The notes: a model not told the origin generated them from the sequence alone. 64,000 nucleotides of DNA from Octopus vulgaris (GCA_951406725.2 OX597815.1:27590001-27654000); one strand, 5' to 3'; positions 24,789 to 39,659 are shown, counted from the first letter of the stretch. Translations and numbers: made by a program.

Positions 24789-25095
24789 ATCATCATCATC
24801 ATCATCGTTTAACGTCCGCTTTCCATGCTAGCATGGGTTGGACGATTTAACTGAGGGCTGGTGAACCAGATCGCTGCACCAGGCTCCAATCTTCATCTGG
24901 CAGAGTTTCTACAGCTGGATGCCCTTCCTAACGCCAACCACTCCAAAAGTGTAGTAGGTGCTTTTACGTGCCACTAGCACAAGGGCCAGTCAGGCGGTAC
25001 TGGCAACAGCCACACTCAAATGGTGTTTTTTACATGCCACCTGCACAGGAACCAGTCAAGCGGCACTGGCAATGACCTCGCTCAAATGTTTTCTG
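24789..25095 (-). mobile_element. SINE family A
   Basis: (CAT)n followed by cgtttaacgtccgctttccatgctagcatggg and gtgcttttacgtgccac modules. Confidence 0.85.
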
Positions 25096-26160
25096 TATGG
25101 TACTACTGTACGGTAATACAATGTAACCCTGAAATGTTGTTTAGCCCCAGGTCAGAGCTGATTGAGCATATCTGTGATGAAAGCCATTTCAGCCTGGCTG
25201 GTTCCATTTATTTGTATATATTGGACTCACCACATCATGCAACATGTCCTTCCTTTTTTTAACACAGAGGTGAGTTGAGAGAGATTAAGCTATTACTTTT
25301 AGCAAGTCAAGAGGCTCTGCATCATGTAATACTAAATAGTAATAAGATGTAAAGAAACATCTACTGATTCTAAGCTCTTGTAGTGATTAAGAGTGTAGAG
25401 GTTATGACACTAAGTTGTAAGGCAGAATTATCATGCTATAAAGATGCTGTGTTATCGATGTAACCTGACTGACCTCCATACAAGAAATAGCTGTACTTAC
25501 TGCTAAAATCTTACTAGAAAATAACATAGTGCTGGTTGTTTAAATCCCGGTGGAAACAAAGAATGCAGTGTCTGCTAAGTTATCCATCAGATTGAAGCTA
25601 TTCCCATCACCATCGCCGCCAAAACCACCACCACTGCAGAAGTAAATGGAAGAGACAAGATGATATATTTAATAAATGGTATCTTGCTACTTGCTCTAGT
25701 ACAGCTAAATACATCCTGCTTCTAAATATAGGCTTGAATTCTGAAGAAAGTGGTCATCAGATTAATGCCATGTTTCAAGCAGTAAGTTTTAAAAGTTAGC
25801 CATTTCAGAAAGTTTGGAATATTTAACTCATAGATGTAGCAATGAACGTTGACAGCAAGATCAATGAATACATATACAGTTCTGCTGATTGTTTTTGAAC
25901 CATGCCTTCTTACAAAAACTTAATGTATTGAATCTTATAGTTTGTTTTGGCATGGAATATTGGTTCGGTAGATGGAAGTGTAATCAAATTTTTCCTTTAC
26001 TAACGATGCTGTTAGTAAGAACACTGGACCAAAATATGAATTAATGTGGATATTTTCTTCTCTTTCTGTTCATACATCCCTCTCACCCCCCCTCTCCCTC
26101 TCTCTATGTGTATGTGTGTGTATATCTGTCAGTCTTTGTTTGTCTATCTATCTCTTTCGT

Positions 26161-26197
<37 letters not shown>

Positions 26198-26350
26198 CAT
26201 CATCATCATCATCATCGTTTAACGTCCGTTCTCCATGCTAGCATGGGTTGGACGGTCGACCGGGATCTGAAAGCCAGAAGGCTGCACAGGCCCAGTGGTA
26301 TCTGGCAGTGTTTCTAGCTGGATGCCCTTCCTAACGCCAGTGAGTGTAGG

Positions 26351-26391
<41 letters not shown>

Positions 26392-26392
26392 G

Positions 26393-26700
26393 TGTGGAGG
26401 CGCAATGGCCCAGTGGTTAGGCAGACTCCAGTTGTAGGATCGCAGTTTCGATTCCCAGACCGGGCGTTGTGAGTGTTTATTGAGCGAAAACACCTAAAGC
26501 TCCATGAGGCTCCGGCAGGGGTTGGTGGCGACCCCTGCTGTACTCTTTCGTCACAACTTCTCTCACTATTTCTTCTGTTGGCCTGCTCGCTTAGCCAGCA
26601 GGGTGGCATCACTTGAAGGCTAAAGCAAGGCAAAGCGCATTGTGACCAGCGATGTGTAGCAACATCTGATAGCCTGGTCGGTCACAGTGATCACGGTGAT
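26393..26700 (+). mobile_element. tRNA-derived SINE (family D), inserted in (TA)n
   Basis: ggaggcgcaatggcccagtggttagg (A box) and gtttcgattccc (B box). Flanks tatatatataatgt repeat on both sides. Confidence 0.8.
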
Positions 26701-28341
26701 ATATATATAATGTAGTTGTTGGTTATGGCTGATCAGAAAGTTACCGTTGGTTTCATGTCTATTTTTTTTCTCTTAGCCATAAACTATGACTACATAAATA
26801 TTACTGCTTAAAAGCGAATTTTTTAGAGTGTGCTTGTGTGTGTTTGTTTACATTCATGCTTCTCTGAAAATTGCTGAGTTATAAGCAGTAATGTTGTCAT
26901 CTACCTTGTCAACAAATCTTTCACTACCTCCTTCAAAGATATGTGAAGTAAGAGATCCTTCACATGGTAAAGGAGTAAGGATTTACGACAGGAAGAGCAT
27001 CTGACTATAAAGTAAATACCTCAGTAATATATTCAATTAACCTTGTCATGTAAAAAACAGACACTTCTTAACTTCTGGCTTTTGATGTCTTATCACTGTT
27101 ATTAGCACCACACATCAACAATAATGGTAGAATACGAAACACAGTGCTTATCAGTATTTAACTATATATCTGCGTGCTCTCATTAGATCAATTTTCACCT
27201 GTCGTCCCACGGGGGTTGATAATGACTTTACAATTATTGACGGTGTTGAGGAGTTGTTAGTAATGATACTATGCTGGTGTAGATTCTAATTGCTATTTGA
27301 TACTTAACTCCCCCCCGATTCTTAGTTCTTGTCATACTAGAATTGACTAAAATCTCTTGAGACTGATAAAATAGCAATATTATAGTTTTGGTTAAGTAGA
27401 TAAAATAGCAGAGAGTCAATCAAGAGGTCACTGGTTCAGACCCTGTCCTAGACATTGTGTTTTGTCCCTAGTTAGAATACATAACTCTCAAATCGATCAG
27501 CCCAGCTAGCTTTAACCCTTTCGTTACCAACCCAGCTAAAACCGGCTCTGGCTCTGTAGTACAAATGTCTTGTTTCCATAAGTTTTGAATTAAAATCTTC
27601 CTACAAACCTTAGTCACAATTTATGTTCCTAACACTAGTTTAATGATAACTAAATTCTTTGTTATATTTAAAGCAATTGAAAGAAACACAGAGCATCTCA
27701 AAATAAATACAGTAACAAAAGAGTTAAGAACAAGTTGATCAGAGATCTAATTATTGAAGAGTCTTTATCTGTTGAGTGAATTAGTGGATGTTTTCAATAT
27801 ACTTGTCAGATGTTGAGGTTGCATTTGATAATATTAAGGGTGTTGTCCAAAAGCTACTTCTTTCTGAGTAGCAATCTAGATATGGTTATAATTCCAGAAT
27901 TAGCACAATTTATAATCATACTGTAGTCAGTATTTAAAGTAACTGAAAGAAACACAGAGCATTTCAAAATGAATACAGTAACGAAAGGGTTAAATAATTG
28001 CTGCAGTATAGGAACATTGTATTGTTGATTTGATGGCTGATTTGTTAGCTCCTCTGTATTATGTTTCAATTCATGTGGAGGGAGGCTTCCTATGAAGATT
28101 GACCAGTGAGTTAAGAGATGATTATTCCAGAGGGGGGGGGAGTAGGAGCAATAATTGTTCTCTTATTTACTTAATGCTATGGAAACAGAAGATAAACACT
28201 TGGTCATATGGATCGCTGTGATTCAGAAAGAGATTAAAATTACAATGGGTTCAGTTATATCAAAGATAGCGGGTCACTGCATTAACCAACAACTAACAAC
28301 CAGTTAAAAGAAATCAATCGCAATATCCCTCTTTTAATAAC

Positions 28342-28381
<40 letters not shown>

Positions 28382-29229
28382 CCCCCCTCTTTCTCTCCCT
28401 CTTCTCCACTCTCTCTCCCCCGCTATATTTCAGTGAAACAATATATTCACTCAAATCACTTCCGTGATCAAATTTATTTCATTGATACTGCAGCAAATGT
28501 CTTGGATTATTTTTCTTTATTTTCTTTATTGTTGTTGTTTTTTTTGTTTTTTTTTTTCCCCTTTTATTTCTCTGTCATTACCAGGTAATTTACAATTTAT
28601 AGATTCCTCCACTGTCATCATTTCAGTATTTCCTGTTTAAGAATTGCCCTATCATCAGGCAATTTTTTTTTTTTTTCCCCCTTTACGTGTGGATTGCTAT
28701 GTCACTGGATATCTTCTGTAGAGTTGGTTGCTTCATCAAGTATTTTCCTGCAGGCAATTGTTTCAGTCACTGAGCAATTTCCTATTTGTAAGTTGTGGCA
28801 TTTTAGCTCCAGCTGAGTCTTGATTGGGCAGCTCTATTATCAGAGATGTGCCAGGCATATTGGCAGAGTTATTAGGGAGCCGGACATAACATTTTCAGAT
28901 ACTTGTTCTGATTCTGTACTGCCTGTGTTCAAATTCCATGGTGATCAACTCTGCCTTCTATCCTTTAACCTTTTAGCATTTAAACCGGCCATATCCGGCC
29001 AAAAGTATTCTGCCTGTTTTATGTTCAAACTGGCCAGATCTGGTCTCTCACACCAACCCTACAATGTCGTTTTAAAAATTAATAGTTACCTCATCAAAAT
29101 CTCATAGCTACAAGATGATGCATGATTAGTTCAAAATAATGTGGATGAAGAAGCATTAATTGTGGCAGAATAATGCGAACACTAAAGGGTTAAGGATCAT
29201 TAAAAGAATGCCAATCCAAAGTGGTGCAT

Positions 29230-29560
29230 TGGTAGAACATCCAGAAAGGAGTCACCCAACTGATTAGCTCATCCATACACTCTAACCCCTGGTCCATACT
29301 TGTCTTGTTTCCTTTCTCTACATTCACAATAGCTACTGCATTAGCTTCTGTTCCTTGCAGATGGATGGTCTCATGCCACCTCCCAGCCAGGCCCACCCAA
29401 TTAATTCATATATTCCTCCTCTTGCTACCCATGTTGTTTATGCTGCCATAGGCCCCATACTAATCACTAGGCCCAATCCTTCATTTCGAGAATATTATAC
29501 CCCTGGAATTCCCTCCCTGTCCATATGTTTCCTGTAGTTCTTCAAGAAGATAAGTAGCAT
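29230..29560 (+). mobile_element. Old CR1/Jockey-group LINE 3' remnant
   Basis: Plus strand reads QSFISRILYPWNSLPVHMFP near 29474-29533, resembling the SFFxRTxxxWNSLPxxVFP C-terminal motif. Confidence 0.55.
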
Positions 29561-31069
29561 TGTCCATAGATGCCTGTAAGAGTTTGTGACAACGGTCATT
29601 GTTTTTTCCTCTGGACCAAGTCTAAAAAAAGCAAAACCTTTTCTTTATCACTTTTATCTGAGCTATAATCTAGGTTTAACCCTTTAGTGTTCAGAATACT
29701 CTGTTAAATCTAATACTTTTTCACTCAAATTGTTTTGAATTAATCATGCATTATCTTATAGCTTTGAGGTTTCAATGATGTGATTGTTTATTTTTAGAAT
29801 GGCATTGTAGGTTAGGAGTGAGAGGTTAGATATCGCCAGTTTGAATATAAAACATGTAGAATATATTGGGCCGGATTTGGTCGGTTTAAACACTAAAGGG
29901 TTAGAATATTCCATGATTTATCAGTTTTATTCACAGATTTATTATAACCTAATGCTATAACTGCCTCCCAAACCTTTTGAATAAATTGACAAACAGATAG
30001 GTAGACAGTAAGCGCAAGATTTGCTTTCAAAGTATTCTAAATTTCTCACCTCTTCACATACAAGTTTGCTTTTTCAAACTGCTCTGATATAATTTGAACT
30101 CGACGCCTCTAATATGGTTTCAAACTTCTACATTAAGCATACACTTATTTCTACGCACTAGCTTCTCTCTATTTTAGTCAAACTTTTACTTACCAGTCTC
30201 TGGAGGATGAAAGAATAAAGTAACTCAAGCAATATTCCAACCAACTAACCAGCAGTGCATAACTTTCAGCTAGCACAAATCAATTTAGTACCTTTAATCC
30301 ATCACATCAACTTCACTGCTCCAGTTAATATATATTATGTCTGAAATATATATAACCCACCACCACCACCGTTACCGTCATCCTTTTACTAGCAAAACAT
30401 TATATATTTACGCTTTAGAATTTGTAGTTTATTCTTTGTATCTTCTTTACTGTTTTATTAGTCATGTAATGTTTTAAATGATTAGCAAGCACTGTGAAGA
30501 AATGGTAAACTCTTGATAAACTGAGTTTGCAAGCCAATTTCAGTGAGTGTTTGGAGACATGTCTTTAGGTGCTTTGGGAAAAACCGAAAAAAAAGGAAAA
30601 AAAAGAGAACAAAAATAGATAATTTCCTCCACCACCCTTCCCTTTCTGTCTGGTTTCTTGGTTGTCTAAGAATATTATCTAACTAGAATAGAACATTATC
30701 ACAGTAGTTTAATAACCAATAATTTATGTTTATACATGGCCAAATGTGATGCCACTATGAGAATGCAGAAAATTAGACCAAATGAAGCATATAGTATATA
30801 GTTTAGTATTTCAATTTTCTAAGCAAAAATCCAGTTATGGTTGATAAAATAAATGCCAGAAATATTGGAATTGATTCAAGTGCTTATACACTATATATAT
30901 ATATATATTCACTTGACTTGTTTTTTGTTGGTGCTTTTTTTCTCCCTTTTACTTCTATTTGTATGTTAGCATGGGTTAGATGAATATATTAATGCATTGT
31001 TTTACATCCTAATTCTTGTCACTTACCCTAACCTGTTTTGTTTCAACTGAACTTGGAGGTGTGTGTGTG

Positions 31070-31107
<38 letters not shown>

Positions 31108-31188
31108 TTACAAATTCAACTTATTGGGAGTTTACCACTCCTTTATGGTGCTAATCATGGAGAAAACTTACATCAACCCCAGTGCTCA

Positions 31189-32066
31189 ACTGGGTTGTCC
31201 GAAAAGTTCATACCGATTTATAGTAGCTTACCTTTCGACTTATTTTAGAACATGGTTGAGTCCATAAAATAGGATTTGACTACACTTCTATTTAGAGCAT
31301 AGTTTAAGCTATCTTTTCATGGAAGAAGGTTTATGTTCCTATAACCTGTGTTAATTCTGTAACCCTTTAAAATGGAAGATAAGAAAGTTCATTTTCGGCA
31401 CTTGATGCTTTTCTTTTTCCATAAAGGGGAAAATGCCTCACAAGCAACCAAAGAAATATGCGCAGTTTAAGGTGATGTTTCTTTATCCGAAAGAACTGTA
31501 CGGAAGTGGTTCGCAAGGTTCCAAGCTGGAGATTGTAGCCTTATTGATAATGAGCGATCAGACAGACCATCCACTACAGATGATGACCAAATTAAGTCAT
31601 TAATTGAGAATAACCCACATTGCACAACTCGAGAATTGGCAGAAAGCCTCAACCTATCAAAATCTGTCATTCATGAGCACTTGGTAAAGCTTGGGTACAC
31701 AAATCACTATGATGTTTGGGTACGACATGAGTTGAGTGAGAAGAACCTTTTGGATCACATTTCCATCTGTAATTCGCGTTATAAACGGAATGAAAACGCG
31801 CCTTTTTTAAAGCAAATTGTGACAGGTGATGAGAAATGGATTATCTACTGATATGTTCAGAGAAAGCGATTCTGGAGTAAATGATATGAGCCACCCTTAG
31901 CCACCTCAAAAGCGGGGTCTTCACCCTAAAAAATTCTTGCTTTGTGTCTGGTGGGATTGGAAAGGAATTCTGTACTATGAGCTTCCTCCAAGTAACCAGA
32001 CAATTAATTCTGAGAAATACTGCACACAACTGGACAAGTTAAAAGCAGCAATTCAAGAGAAACGAT
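31189..32066 (+). mobile_element. Decayed, 3'-truncated mariner transposon (transposase pseudogene from ATG 31372)
   Basis: TIR-like tgggttgtccgaaaagttcataccgattt. Translation MEDKKVHFRHLMLFFFHKGENASQATKEICAV*GD..RKWFARF..WVRHEL..FLKQIVTGDEKWIIY..LHPKKFLLCVWWDWKGILYYEL..INSEKYCTQL, with stops and a frameshift. It ends before the second and third catalytic Asp. Confidence 0.95.
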
Positions 32067-32440
32067 TTTACTTACCTCAATAGGTCTTCGCAAGCAGAGT
32101 TTAGTATCCACCCCTGGCATAGGCCACGAGGTTGTGGTCTCACTTGGCTTGCTGGGTCTTCTCAGATGCACTTGTGTTGGTGCCACGTAAAATGCACTCT
32201 TCCCAGTTCCACATAAAATGCACTCATGCTGATGCCTTGCAAATGCACTTGTACTGGTGCCACATAAAATGCAGTTGTGCTGGTAGCACATAAAAAAGCA
32301 CCCAGTACATTTTGTAAATTGGTTGGCACTAGGAAGTGCATCCAGCCATACAAGCCATTCCAAAACAGACAATTGGAGCCTGGACAGTTCTCTGGTTGGC
32401 CAGCATGGAAAACAGACGTTAAATGATGATGATGATGATG
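32067..32440 (+). mobile_element. Family A element with inverted 5' segment and ~26 bp tandem repeats
   Basis: 32067-32160 is the reverse complement of the family A segment seen at 2038-2160. About five copies of tgcacttgtgctggtgccacgtaaaa follow, then the 3' end with (GAT)n. Confidence 0.7.
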
Positions 32441-33169
32441 TACCTGAACCACACACCTACTTAAAACTGTGTCACTAAACCATTGATTGAAATGTAACTT
32501 CTTTATTGAAACATTCCTCGTCTTTCCTACTTTTTCTGTTTTATTTTGTGGGTCATAGAGGGAACTGAAGACAACCTGAACGAAATTCAAAGACTTAATC
32601 TTTGTTTAGTCACAAATAACATTTCATAAGAACTAACCTGTCTTTGATATAGATTTCAGTTTTTAGTTTGGACATTCAAAAGCTTCAGTCGACTTCCTAA
32701 TTTTTCTGTTTCTTTTTTTTCTCTTTTTTTTTTCCTTTTTCTTTTTTTACTCTTTAAAACTCTTAACAGTGACATATCATCACCTCAGAACATTATTTTA
32801 AGCTTCAGCAACTTCTCATCTTTTATGTGTTTGTGTGTGCATCGTGTGTGTCTGTGTATGAGAGAGAGAGAGAGTGTGTGTGTGTGTGTGTGTGAGACAG
32901 TGCTGAATCATTTTCCTTTCTTTCAAAATTGTAGTTCTAGCGTTTGTTTGTCTTTTTGTTCTTTTTCTTTTTTTATTCTTTCTTTTCTGTCTGAATTGGC
33001 AAATTTTCAACTTGACTGAATATATTTAATGAAATCGCAGCTGAATCTCTTTTTACCTAACTAATCACACACAGTTCTTCTTGTTTAGTTTCTGCAAACA
33101 ATTCTGATAGCAATTGCTTCCACACTATGTTCTGCTCATCTTTCTTGTACCTCCCTCTTTGCCACTCTT

Positions 33170-33222
<53 letters not shown>

Positions 33223-35189
33223 TCTCCTGTTTACCATTATTTCCTCAATCACTGAGTTAATTTTCATCTTTTCCTCAGACTTTTCCTACCTTTAATTTAC
33301 TTCATTTTCATTGTTTTTTACTGATTCTTAATATTCTCTCTTATCACGTGTTATTGTAGCTAGTTTTTACTGTAACAAATTCTTTGTTTATCCAGTTCCT
33401 ATACTTATCCATTATTTTATTTTGCTTTATTTTATTGCATGGTTTTATTTACTTGTTCATTTGTGTATAGTTGGAATACTTGTCTTTTACAGTTTAGTGC
33501 TTCTCTTGCAGTTGTTCATTTAGCAATAAACGAGAAATGGAGCCATTGTCACTTAGGCTGTTGTTGTTTGCCCAATTGCTTCAATCATAACCATCATTGT
33601 CAGCCTTTTTAAGATGCTAGGATGTGATTTTAGGGACATTTAGCCTCTATTTCTAGCTGGTCAAGTAATCATACTGAAACTCATTTGTTGGCTCAAAATT
33701 AGAGTTATGTGTGTGTGTGTCCTTGTCTTGACATTGCACGACATTTGTAAATGAGTGCCACTGTTATACAAGCAGTGCCATTCATTTCCAGTCTTCTGCA
33801 AAAACATGTCAAGTCATGAGAAAATATTACCTTGTTTGGAAACAAGTGAGGAAAGGCATCTAGCCATAAAAAATTTCCCTCTGTAAACTCTGTCTAACCC
33901 ATGCAAACATGGAAAAGTAGACATTAAAATGATGATGATGAGGAGGAGGAGGATGCTGATGCCCTATCCAGTGGTTGTATTTAAATTTGAACTCATAACA
34001 ATGAGATCACTTGCCCAGGCATCTTGTCTTCATGATTTATATATCAATGTTCTTTAACCATACACAAGGCTAGTTTTTGGAAAAGAGTTCATATCCATTT
34101 AATCAAATCTCAGAATTTTACAAATGTTTATTCTTTCAGTTTCCAAAGGGTTGACAAAGTACACCTTTGTAGGCTTTTGAACTCAGAACTTAGATCTGAC
34201 AATAGATATTCTTTCTATTGGTTGTCATATTTTCCTACTATTATTGAACCCAGTACCTCATCATCATCATTTTATTTCTGCTTTCTATGCTGGCATGGGT
34301 TGGCATTGTCTGTTTCAATTCTTATTTCAAGTTACTGCCCTCCTAGGTAGATAAGACAATCATGTCTTGCTTTTACATTCTATTTTTGTTTGGGTTTCCA
34401 CAGCTGGATGCTTTTCCTAACACCAACAACTTTACAGAACATACTGGGTGCATTTTAGCCTTGCACCAACATTGGAAAGGTTGTCTTGTTCTAGATAAGA
34501 CTAGAGTTCTCACTAGTATGTTTTGTCTCTGTTCAAGGCAAACATGACCAATAGGGTAAATAAAATATGACCAATAGGTTAAATAAAAGAGTGGGTGGTG
34601 AACCAGAATAAGAGAATGAGAGAATAAGTATGATGGAAGAGAGATTTTGAAATGCAGCTACGTGTCGATTGTTGGTAAAAAGGTTGAATAGAAAAACAGC
34701 ATAAGTGACATGTAGAAGAGAGAGTGATATATATCAACAGAGTGACAAAGGAGGAAATAATGTGAAGGAGTGAATAAAATATTGAAGGATAGCAAGATGA
34801 GTGATTGTAATAGAGAATGAGTGAAAGAAATTGAGAGAGTGATGGCTAGCTGTATAGATAAGTGATGGTAGAAGGTATTAAATACAGACAGATTCAAGGC
34901 CATCCCTCATTACAAATGCATCATGATGGAAGATAGTAGGAGTGGTAAAAGCTGATTGTGAAGTGGGATTGGATGCAGACAGATCATAAATGCCATCCTT
35001 CATTATACAGGCTATGTGGTATAATGAATAGTAAAGAAGATGGTGCAGTATATGGAGACTTAACAAGCATGCTGTTCACGGGACTCAAATGTAGATATAC
35101 GTTCCATAACCATTTTAGTAACCATTTTTCCATGGCTGCACAAGTGAACAAGCCTTCTCTGTACTGAGTCCCAATTTATGATTTTTTGC

Positions 35190-35450
35190 CATCTTTTCAA
35201 CTTCTTGAAATTGGTCTTTATCACTTCATTCCATATCTTCCTTCCACTTCAAGTACTTGGCATTTCTATATATACAAATATCTGCCGCCACATGTATCAT
35301 ATGCCCAAACCAGTATGATCTTCCTTTTTGCACACTACACCTGATTTCTTTTATTTTCCAGCTTTTCTCTCGACTCATTTGTGCTCTGTCATTCATGAAC
35401 GCTAACATTACACATTCAGCTGAGCATGCATGCTTCATTTCTTTCGAACC
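35190..35450 (-). mobile_element. RTE-clade LINE remnant
   Basis: ORF 35226-35438 contains IKEIRCSVQKGRSYWFGHMIHV (RLxWFGHVxR-like). Confidence 0.6.
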
Positions 35451-36733
35451 ATTGCAAATCCCCCATATTCAAGACTCAGAAAATGGGAGTTTTTAGATTC
35501 AAACCTTTCCCACAGTCAAAGTAGCTGCTCATTGCGTCAAGAACTTGCCACCTACATTTCACTCCTTTCAGCCATACTCTGTTATTCTTTAACCCTTTTG
35601 TTACTAACCTGGCCAAAACCGGATCTGGCTCTGTGGTAAAATGTCTTGTTTTCATAAGTTTTGAATTAAAATATTCCACCAAGCCTTAGTCACAATTTAC
35701 GTTGCTAACACTAGCTTAATGATAACTAAGTTGTTTTACTAAAGTAATTGAAAGAAACACAGAGCATCTCAAAATAAATACAGTAACGAAAGGGTTAAAT
35801 GACCAGAAGAATTTCTAGAAAAATCAAGAAATGCTTCTCTGCTTTTAATTTTAGGGTCTTTTTTATAGATTCCATATGGAATTGGTCTTAGTAATTGATT
35901 TATTACAGCTATGGTATTTTATAACCTGATGTCATAACTACAAGCTAGTCTTGAGAGAATGCGTACATGATTTATTTTCAAAAGCTAATATCTCCCAATT
36001 ATTCACATACAAACCTGCCGATCATTAAGTAAGTGCTTTGATAGGATTTGAACCTAAACAACCAATAAAGCATCATCAGAGATTTCTACCAAACACACAG
36101 ACACACGCTTTGACACTATTTTTAGAGTCTCTCTGTTTTAACCAAACTGCTTCTTAACTATGTCACAAGACTGAAAGAAATCAGCCCCAGAAAGACAGGT
36201 GAACGACAAAAGTAACTGAAAAAGAGTCTCACAACCTGATACCATCGTGTATTACTTATGCTACTCTTACTACTATACCAGCTTTGTTACTGCAATTAAT
36301 GTATGTTCTAATATCTGAAATATAATACACATCCTTTCATTGGTAAAAATTTATTCAGACATTCATGTCCTATATATATATATAATATATGTCAGATATT
36401 CAATGTTAGTTCACCTGATGAGCTTACCAGCTCATTTCCTCACCTAATTAACCTAGTAATGTAGTGCAATCACAATAAACTCAAAAGAGTTACCTTGGTA
36501 TTTAGTTAAGGGTGGGCATGTCATTGGCAAACATCTCCCACCCTCCGTCCACCTCTACCATAGCTTCATTTACTATTGAATGCGTGACAATAGATCTAGC
36601 CAGGCGTTTTTGGAAAGATACACAGAACATCTTCTCTACTGTTTGTCTTTTCCTCTTGAGAAATGTATACTTTCTCACGGCTTTCTGAACTCCTACACAC
36701 CATCACATATGTGCACACATACTCATACACACA

Positions 36734-36776
<43 letters not shown>

Positions 36777-37724
36777 GTGCAAATAGCTGCTGAAAGATAT
36801 GTATGCAATATCATACTTGCACACATCCGTTTATATACACACACACACACATACAGTTACACAACTAGTTACATATATATGCACATATCATATATACACA
36901 TCCACTAGCAAAACACACACACAGTCTCACACACACATCCATTCATCCATTCATTCATACTAACATAAATACACACACACACACACATGACAGCCGGACA
37001 AACAAACAGATAGATAATGTGTAGGAAGATATAGGCATGAAAGCTCATTTATCAAAAACCCGGGTAGTTGGGTGGAGGATAGTATTTGAAAGTTGGTAGT
37101 TATTAAATTGATATTGTATCCACCTCCATTATCCCCCCCACCACCACCATACCACCACCATATCACCACCATAATCATCATCTCTCACCACTACTCATTT
37201 ACCTATCACACCCATTATCTGACAAGCTAGCAAGATGTATACCTTTTATCTCATAGTTGATAAATGAATACCTTTACTGAGATACCTGTTTAAATATTGT
37301 CAGTATAGTTGCTTTCTTATTTTTTTTTTCTTTCTTTTTATGAGTTTCTGTTTACCTTTTTATTAGTTTCAGCAAAAGAGCATTCCAGTGAAAGGTTTGG
37401 AATTGTCTAAATAATGAAATAGTTGGGTATCAGGTGGTGTTTTTGGAAACAATTGCACTAACTCTTTAAAAACTGATGCATTGTTCTGCTTTAACAGGAA
37501 ACCTAACTTTCTATGTATCCTATATATTTATGGGCAGCGTGATTTGTTCCAAGTTGTCTATATCACTGATATTGACCTTATCATGTGACTCAAACAGGCT
37601 ACTCAATAATAAGCCAATGAGACAGCCTTTACATCATTGCTTAACTTGCTAGAAATAGCAACCAGTCCAAAATCCCTTCTGTCTTGGAAAATCCCTACTG
37701 TAATGACATATGTCAATACCCTAA

Positions 37725-37995
37725 TCTTAGTAGTTAGAGTATTCAGCTCTTGATTGTAAGATCATGTGTTTGATTCTTGGTGGCATTGTGTCCTTGAGCA
37801 AGACACTTTATTTCACGTTGCCCCAGTCCACTCAGCTAGCAAAAATGAGTAGTACCTGTATATCAAAGAGCCGCCCTTGTGACATTCTAATTTGTGCTGA
37901 ACTTCCCCGAGAACTACGTTAAGGGTATGCATGTCTGTGAAGTACTCAACCACTTGCATATCAATTTCAAAAGCAGACTATTCCATTGATCATCG
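37725..37995 (+). mobile_element. Diverged tRNA SINE with a CORE/V-like central domain
   Basis: tagtagttagagtattc...gtttgattc, then gtgtccttgagcaagacacttt...ccagtccactcagct...aatgagta. Confidence 0.55.
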
Positions 37996-38574
37996 TAATT
38001 GAGAGAGTGCCGGTTACAACAGACAGGATGGCTTGGAATGCTCATATCAGAGACATATTCAATTAAAGCTGATGCGAAGCTCATCACATTAGTTGATTTT
38101 AAAGGGTGTTTTGTTGAGATCCTCAGACTGACCTCTCATTAAGGATTCTGGTGGTGAGTGAGAATAAGTTCTTTAGAGATTTAATACTCTTTATTGTTTT
38201 GAGTCTATCATATTGGATTTAGTGGCTTTTAGTGCAATGAGAATGACTTCATACAGTATCACCTTCACTGTTTTGACTTTTGGTTAAGGAATTACACAAA
38301 CTAGACACAGCTGTCATGGTTAAATCTTCTGCTGCTTATTTATATTTATATTTTCTGCTCAGATTCTGTGATGTCACCTAGCAGTGATTTATATATGATA
38401 TAGTATTGTCTTTCAGTCAATTGTTTTGTTTTTTTACATACTATTTGTTACATTTAATTTCAAAGATCTATTCATAATGATTTTGTAACAGTGTAGGCAA
38501 TATAGTGCAGAAATATTTAAACTGAATTCTGAATTCTTTAAAATACTACCGATATAAAACTTGACATAATCTCT

Positions 38575-38735
38575 TTTTACTCTCTTTTACTTGTTTCAGT
38601 CATTTGACTGTGGCCATGCTGGAGCACCGCCTTTAATCGAGCAACTCGACCCCGGGACTTATTCTTTGTAAGCCCAGTACTTATTTATCGGTCTCTTTTG
38701 CCGAACCGCTAAATGACGGAGACATAAACACACAT
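38575..38735 (-). mobile_element. Family C SINE 3' tail
   Basis: Reverse complement of 19715-19865. Confidence 0.8.
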
Positions 38736-39659
38736 AATCATCATTTAACATTTGTTTTCCATGCTAGCATAGGTTAGACGGTTTGACACAATCCAGCAGC
38801 ATGCCCCAGGGCCATGTCAAGTTCCAGTATCAGCTTTGATATTGTTTCTTCAGCTGGATTCCCTTCTCAATGCAAACTGCTTTACAGCATATACCAGGTC
38901 CTTTTTTTTTTCATGCCATTGGCACTTGTGAGGTGTACGAAAAGAACAGGAAAAGGTAAAAGCTCTATTGATTAAGTGGGGTCATTTTTGTTAGGGTACA
39001 GTGATTTTTTTTTATGCCAGATGTTAGAAGGCTAAAATGTGATAGAAGGACAAACACAGGTGCCTTACTACAGAGAAGATACATGGCTACCCTGAATTAT
39101 ATAACGATGGGTAGGAGCAGCTGGAAAGAAGATATGTCCTTTATAGCATAACAGAAGGAACGGGGGGGAAATAGACCAAAGAAAGGAGAAATCCACATCA
39201 ACATTTAGAGTAGCAGACCTGAATAGTAATGAGGAACAATCACCACCATTTCTGCTGTACAGCTTATATTACCTCTTGTTTTCAATATTCTGTTATTTCA
39301 TGTGGACTGAACCTCTATGGATCTCACTACTTCTTTGGTCTTCTGCCATAGATTCCTTCCACTCTCAGTGCATGGCACTCTTTCACTCAGTTCTTATTAT
39401 CTGTTCACATCACATGTCAGTAACCAATGCAGTCATTGTTCCCCGTATGTATCAGCTGATGCCTGTAGTACCCAGCTACTCTTTCGGTTCACTTGTGCTC
39501 CTGCCTTTAATGCAAGCTTACTTTACATGTTCAGCGAATCGTGTTTGCCTCATTTCTCTCCAGACTCTCTGCAGATATTCTGTATTCAAAGTCTGTGTAT
39601 CACTACCATGCAGCCTCATACTCTTAATGTGTGGCTTAATTTGAATTGTACCATCTCTT

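Noticed and set aside
28975-28995. AFKP-encoding sequence as the next LZTS exon
   Set aside because: It is the terminus of a piggyBac-like MITE and lacks the preceding IRP codons.
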